DNA from: Balanoglossus misakiensis
Taxonomy: Eukaryota; Animalia; Hemichordata
DNA: 64,000 nucleotides
Reading direction: 5' to 3'
NCBI GenBank assembly: GCA_040954595.2
Contig: CM082597.2
Span: forward strand, 2,962,265 to 3,026,264
The stretch's first letter is position 1. Each line of letters starts with the position of its first letter. The position numbers and the translations under genes were made by a program. This document shows, one piece after another, positions 60,301 to 64,000 of this stretch. The notes beneath the pieces were generated by a model. The model did no database searches and was not told where the DNA came from. It saw only the letters and a program-made list of their open reading frames with translations.

Positions 60301-61827
60301 CCACCATGCTGGATACCAGTATTCATATAATGTGGTTTTGTAACATAAACCATCTAATCATACAAGATACAAAATGGATTACGTGACTTCAATCATTGCA
60401 CGTGAACATAGTGCAATGGAGAAAGTCCTTTCTCGCCGAGGGTATAATGCTTATTGCCTTGCCCAAACAAAACTTTTGGCAACTTTAAACTTTTGAAATT
60501 TCGACCACTAGGCTAGACTGTGTGTGGAGTATAGCGAAACAACACACACGAGTTGGATTCTAGACTAGTTAGATAATAATATCACTCACTTAATACAATC
60601 AGCTGTGCGACAGCTGTAGGCGGAGGCGACAAATATGGTATCCTACATTGGTAGATATGCTGGAAGTCCATCGTTGCATTCTCAATGTACATGTTGTATT
60701 CACCCTCATCGTGATTTCCAAGTACACCATACTTTTTATCGAAAGGAATATTGCCACGTATGATTTCATGATCTTCGGAATTTTTACGTCTATACCATGA
60801 TAGTGGTACAAGAAGGTTCTCAGCACTGCAATTTAGCTGTGTGTTGTGTCCTTCCAGAACCAGTGTATCTACAGGGACTTCCGTGAAGCGTGGGTCTGCT
60901 AGTGAACCTACATAAACATACGATACAAAAATACAATGTAATGTTTAGATATCAAGTTTAGAGTATTATAATTAACGATGAACACGCTTCGTGCGTAAAA
61001 AAGATAAAATTAAAATCTGATAGTTACTGTTTCGTCACAGAGGATGACTCGCATATCACTTCCCTCTTTTGTGAAAAAGAGTCAATAAAAGTTGAGGAAA
61101 CAATTCAGTTTCAATACCGAACATGACGTCATTACCCACAAAAAGAAGAAAACTAAAATATACAATAATAACAACCTCAAGTCCGCCAGTCAGTGTTAAC
61201 GTCAGCTTTCATTAAAATTTACTCGAGCGCACTATGTAAAGAGTGCCTGTTAACATAAACGTCGACGAAGATGCAAAAGTTCGTGACCTCTCATTCTGCC
61301 AAGTTATGGCGAGATTGGATTTCACTGAACGAATCAGTCTGCAAGACATTCGCTATGTCAGTAACTTCGCACATATAATCGACTGTGTATGTAAGTGTGT
61401 GCTCTACTTAAAGTACAACGACTTCGAGTTAAATAACAGTCTCCATTCAAACATGCTCGAGGAATGGTACGGTGGTGCTTTTCAATTTTACACTCAGTAC
61501 AACCACTTTCACCAACAGTGAATCTTCAGCAAAAATAGTTAATCTGCGTTACACGACTCTAGCAAAGGGGAAAATTACATGTACGTACACGTCAAGAAGA
61601 AATTGAAAGTTCCATATTGTGCTTCATTCGCCCTATGTCAATTACAATGATGAGGGATTTCTCTCTGCTATAAATTAAGCACAGTCCAAGACCCTGCTTT
61701 GCACTCTCTTGTGTTGTATAGAAAGATGAACATTTTCAATGTTTGCGTGCATCACCACCCACTTACCGGCAATGATGAGATTCACCAACAGCAAGTTGTA
61801 GCAGAGTCGCTGCAAAACGTGCCTCAT
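51340..61827 (-). CDS. Type I membrane Ig-superfamily receptor C: signal peptide, 12 Ig domains, TM, cytoplasmic tail; C-terminus depends on splicing
   Basis: Signal exon 61827-61767 ([21 protein letters not shown]|gtaagt); V exon 60907-60590 (absent from the ORF track: [41 protein letters not shown]); Ig exons approx. 59938-59652, 59526-59244, 58739-58473, 58099-57815, 57362-57092, 56891-56606, 56286-56022, 55340-55076, 54810-54547, 54154-53848, 53630-53346; TM 53030-52865 ([25 protein letters not shown]); tail 52526-52499, 52181-52087, (51737-51638), 51425-51340. Confidence 0.88.
57662..57780. repeat. (AACC/AAAC)n microsatellite, intronic
   Basis: Direct reading. Confidence 0.85.
58886..59195. 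mobile_element. Palindromic non-autonomous interspersed repeat in an intron of receptor C
   Basis: 58886-59028 is a ~143-bp imperfect hairpin: AGCAATAAAACACCCCCAGCCATGGTATA..GATTTTGACCAGTTCA..CATATACGCAC / GTGCGTATATG..TGAACTGGTCAAAATC..TATACCATGGCTGGGGGTGTTTTATTGCT. A related GTGGTATATGGCTAATATATCAC motif follows at ~59106. Confidence 0.7.
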
Positions 61828-64000
61828 TCTTAACAGTTCCAATCTTCGATGGAGATCAAAGAACGAGTTCACCGAGCTCACAACTCACGGGGTACTGATA
61901 GGTTCAGAGCAGCTTCACATTCATAGACAACTCAAGAACAACTTGTAGGCATTAATCAATCGCCTTGTAGCGCCCTGTCAAACGAGGACATACTCCGGGC
62001 ACCAGACACAGATACGTCACCATAAGAAGCATAACTTCCCTGGGAAACCTGTGGGGGCGCTAACAGAAGTGTGCGCATTGGTGGCACGTTTTTCATAGTT
62101 ACCATGGAGAGCTTTAGAACAGTCCAATGCCAGATTTTCACGGGGTGGCCACGCGAAAAATGAGCGCCTCGTCATGTTCTTTAGAATACCATTAAGATGG
62201 CTATATTTAAATTAGACGGAGGTGACTGTATACCTTTAATGTAACAGCTTGGTTACCAGTGTCCAATTTTACCATTGAGCACCAATGTGATGAGATGCCT
62301 TCAACTCATACAGTAAACGCTTATCGAAATGAATTTCGAATAAATTGAGCCGATATTCCTTCCTGTCTGTCAACTGATTTAATTTTTTCATACTTGCGCG
62401 CACCCTATGGGCCTATTGACAATTTTAATTGCGTCTTCCTGGTTACTTCATCTTACCGATACTCACTTGGAAGTTCTCGACTGGAGTCAAGTAATTTTCC
62501 ACACACAAACCTAACGTATTGATTTGTGTTGACAACGCCCTCTCCCCTAGAGTGGCGATAACCACACTTTCGTTTTATACTCCGGTCGACCCATGGCCTA
62601 CATCTGGTATGGAGAAATATCATTGGTCGACGCCCATACACCATATGTTACAGAATTAGAATTATTTTTCTGACTTCGTTTTTCCGCGTTCCATTCAAAT
62701 GAGAACACATGCACTTTTGAACCTAAGCTGGCACGTACATCGCCGAGTGTCTACCACTCAACTGACTTAGGAGCTGCATGATGATGAATATCCAACCACT
62801 TTCCAACATGAGGCAAACGGGCTCCTATTCCCTTTACCTGTTGGAAAATTTATTGGTGTATTCCTAATAACATAAGTAGTGGAATTGATGATATCAGCAA
62901 ATAAAAATAATCAATGCAAATGATCAGCCCACTCCATGTACACACTTCCCAGTCTTAAAGAATTAATGTAACAAACACCTGAACGGGGAAAGGTATACGG
63001 TTTGATGTGTATAGAGCGTTTCCGCGTGTCACAACGGTTGACCTAAGAAAGACAATCAAGACCTTGGCAAGGGTAACCTAAATTCTAGCACGAATCAAGA
63101 CTTCCGCATTTGGGTTTTTTATTTGCCCAATCCTCTATTGATTTCACTAAGTATTATGGTGTGTGTTTCTGTGTGACTCACTACTGCTGTGCGGAAGTAC
63201 AGGTAAGTTAATTTTCCAGGGTCTCTTAGTTCTTGACCCGCCTTTTGTGCTGTGACGCATATGAGCTTTCACTCTCCACGCCCAATCCTGTTAGTCAGAA
63301 ACAGGTGAAGAGAGAGAGGGCGAGAGAGGGGGGAGAGACAGAGACAGGCAGAGAGAGACTGACAGACACACACAGAGGGGGAGACAGGGGCAGTCTGTCA
63401 GAATGATAACATGCCCAGAAGCAAACAAACAAATAACCAAACAGAGCGAGTAGCCTTTGTGACTTTATACACACTGAGAGTAGTACTGCCCCGGTGAAAG
63501 GCAACATTAGAAACTCCAGGAGTTTGTAATATTGTTATTTTTCTCACGAGGCCAAGAAGTCGACCGTGGTGAGCTTTGACCCTTCAAACACGATGCCCTG
63601 GAATTTGGAAGATCCTCATTTTTCTTAACTCACCACACCAGCCAGAAAATGTATTGAATGCATTAATGGCGTCCATTAGATTTATTCTTGAGCCTGGACA
63701 GTCTCCAAATGTGTCTTTAAACAAACCACTTGTAAATCCGGTCCTGACCTACAAAAAAGTCAGTCTTGCCTACGGGCACAGAAACCGGGTTGGGACTTGC
63801 GGACTGCCACTTTTATAGTGACATTATAATACCTTTCTTTTTTTTACTCTGAATTATGGCTGAAATTTAGGCAGAGCCTCTCCGCGGCATATTCATGAAA
63901 CACTATAAACAGAAAAGCCACCTGTTATCAGTAACCAATAAATATGTCAAAAAGAAATGACCCATGTGTCCAGATGGTATGACACCCACGAAATCCTTGA

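Noticed and set aside
28503-61827. Calling the Ig receptors Siglecs, CD22 or hemicentin
   Set aside because: V domains keep the canonical B-F strand cysteines; A and B have YSCED with no Arg at the Siglec position (C has YQCR, which is common in V domains); no clear ITIMs; no hemicentin vWA or EGF domains.
62754-62809. Alternative signal-peptide exon for receptor C (MLESGWIFIIMQLL..), also the hydrophobic ORF starting at 63507
   Set aside because: Weaker or no donor sites; exon 61827-61767 has a better signal peptide and a consensus G|GTAAGT phase-1 donor. Not fully excluded as an alternative first exon.

Overview
Eukaryotic, intron-rich (GT-AG) animal DNA; the gene content is compatible with an invertebrate deuterostome, but that is inference only. 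The window is a cluster of cell-surface receptor genes. (1) The 3' end of a receptor tyrosine kinase (RTK)-type gene (9-917, +). (2) A 7-Ig-domain RTK-like gene whose kinase is predicted dead (HRD->HRA, DFG->EFS, no Gly-loop) and which carries a canonical juxtamembrane ITAM (3753-10886, +). (3) A transmembrane tyrosine kinase with intact catalytic motifs, essentially no ectodomain of its own, an ITAM-like motif and a Tyr-free activation loop (~12267-16671, +). (4) A ~6.5 kb 41-bp satellite with higher-order structure, followed by a hairpin repeat. (5) A GT32 (DxD) glycosyltransferase with one coding exon (26283-27479, +). (6-8) Three paralogous type I receptors with 12, 10 and 12 Ig domains (-, +, -), one with five recently duplicated Ig exons. 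The best candidate for a novel system is the ITAM-pseudokinase receptor paired with the ectodomain-less kinase: either a two-gene sensor/transducer pair or one ectodomain spliced to alternative dead/live kinase cassettes, inside a putative recognition/immune-like complex. Exon boundaries were read by eye and may be off by a few bases.
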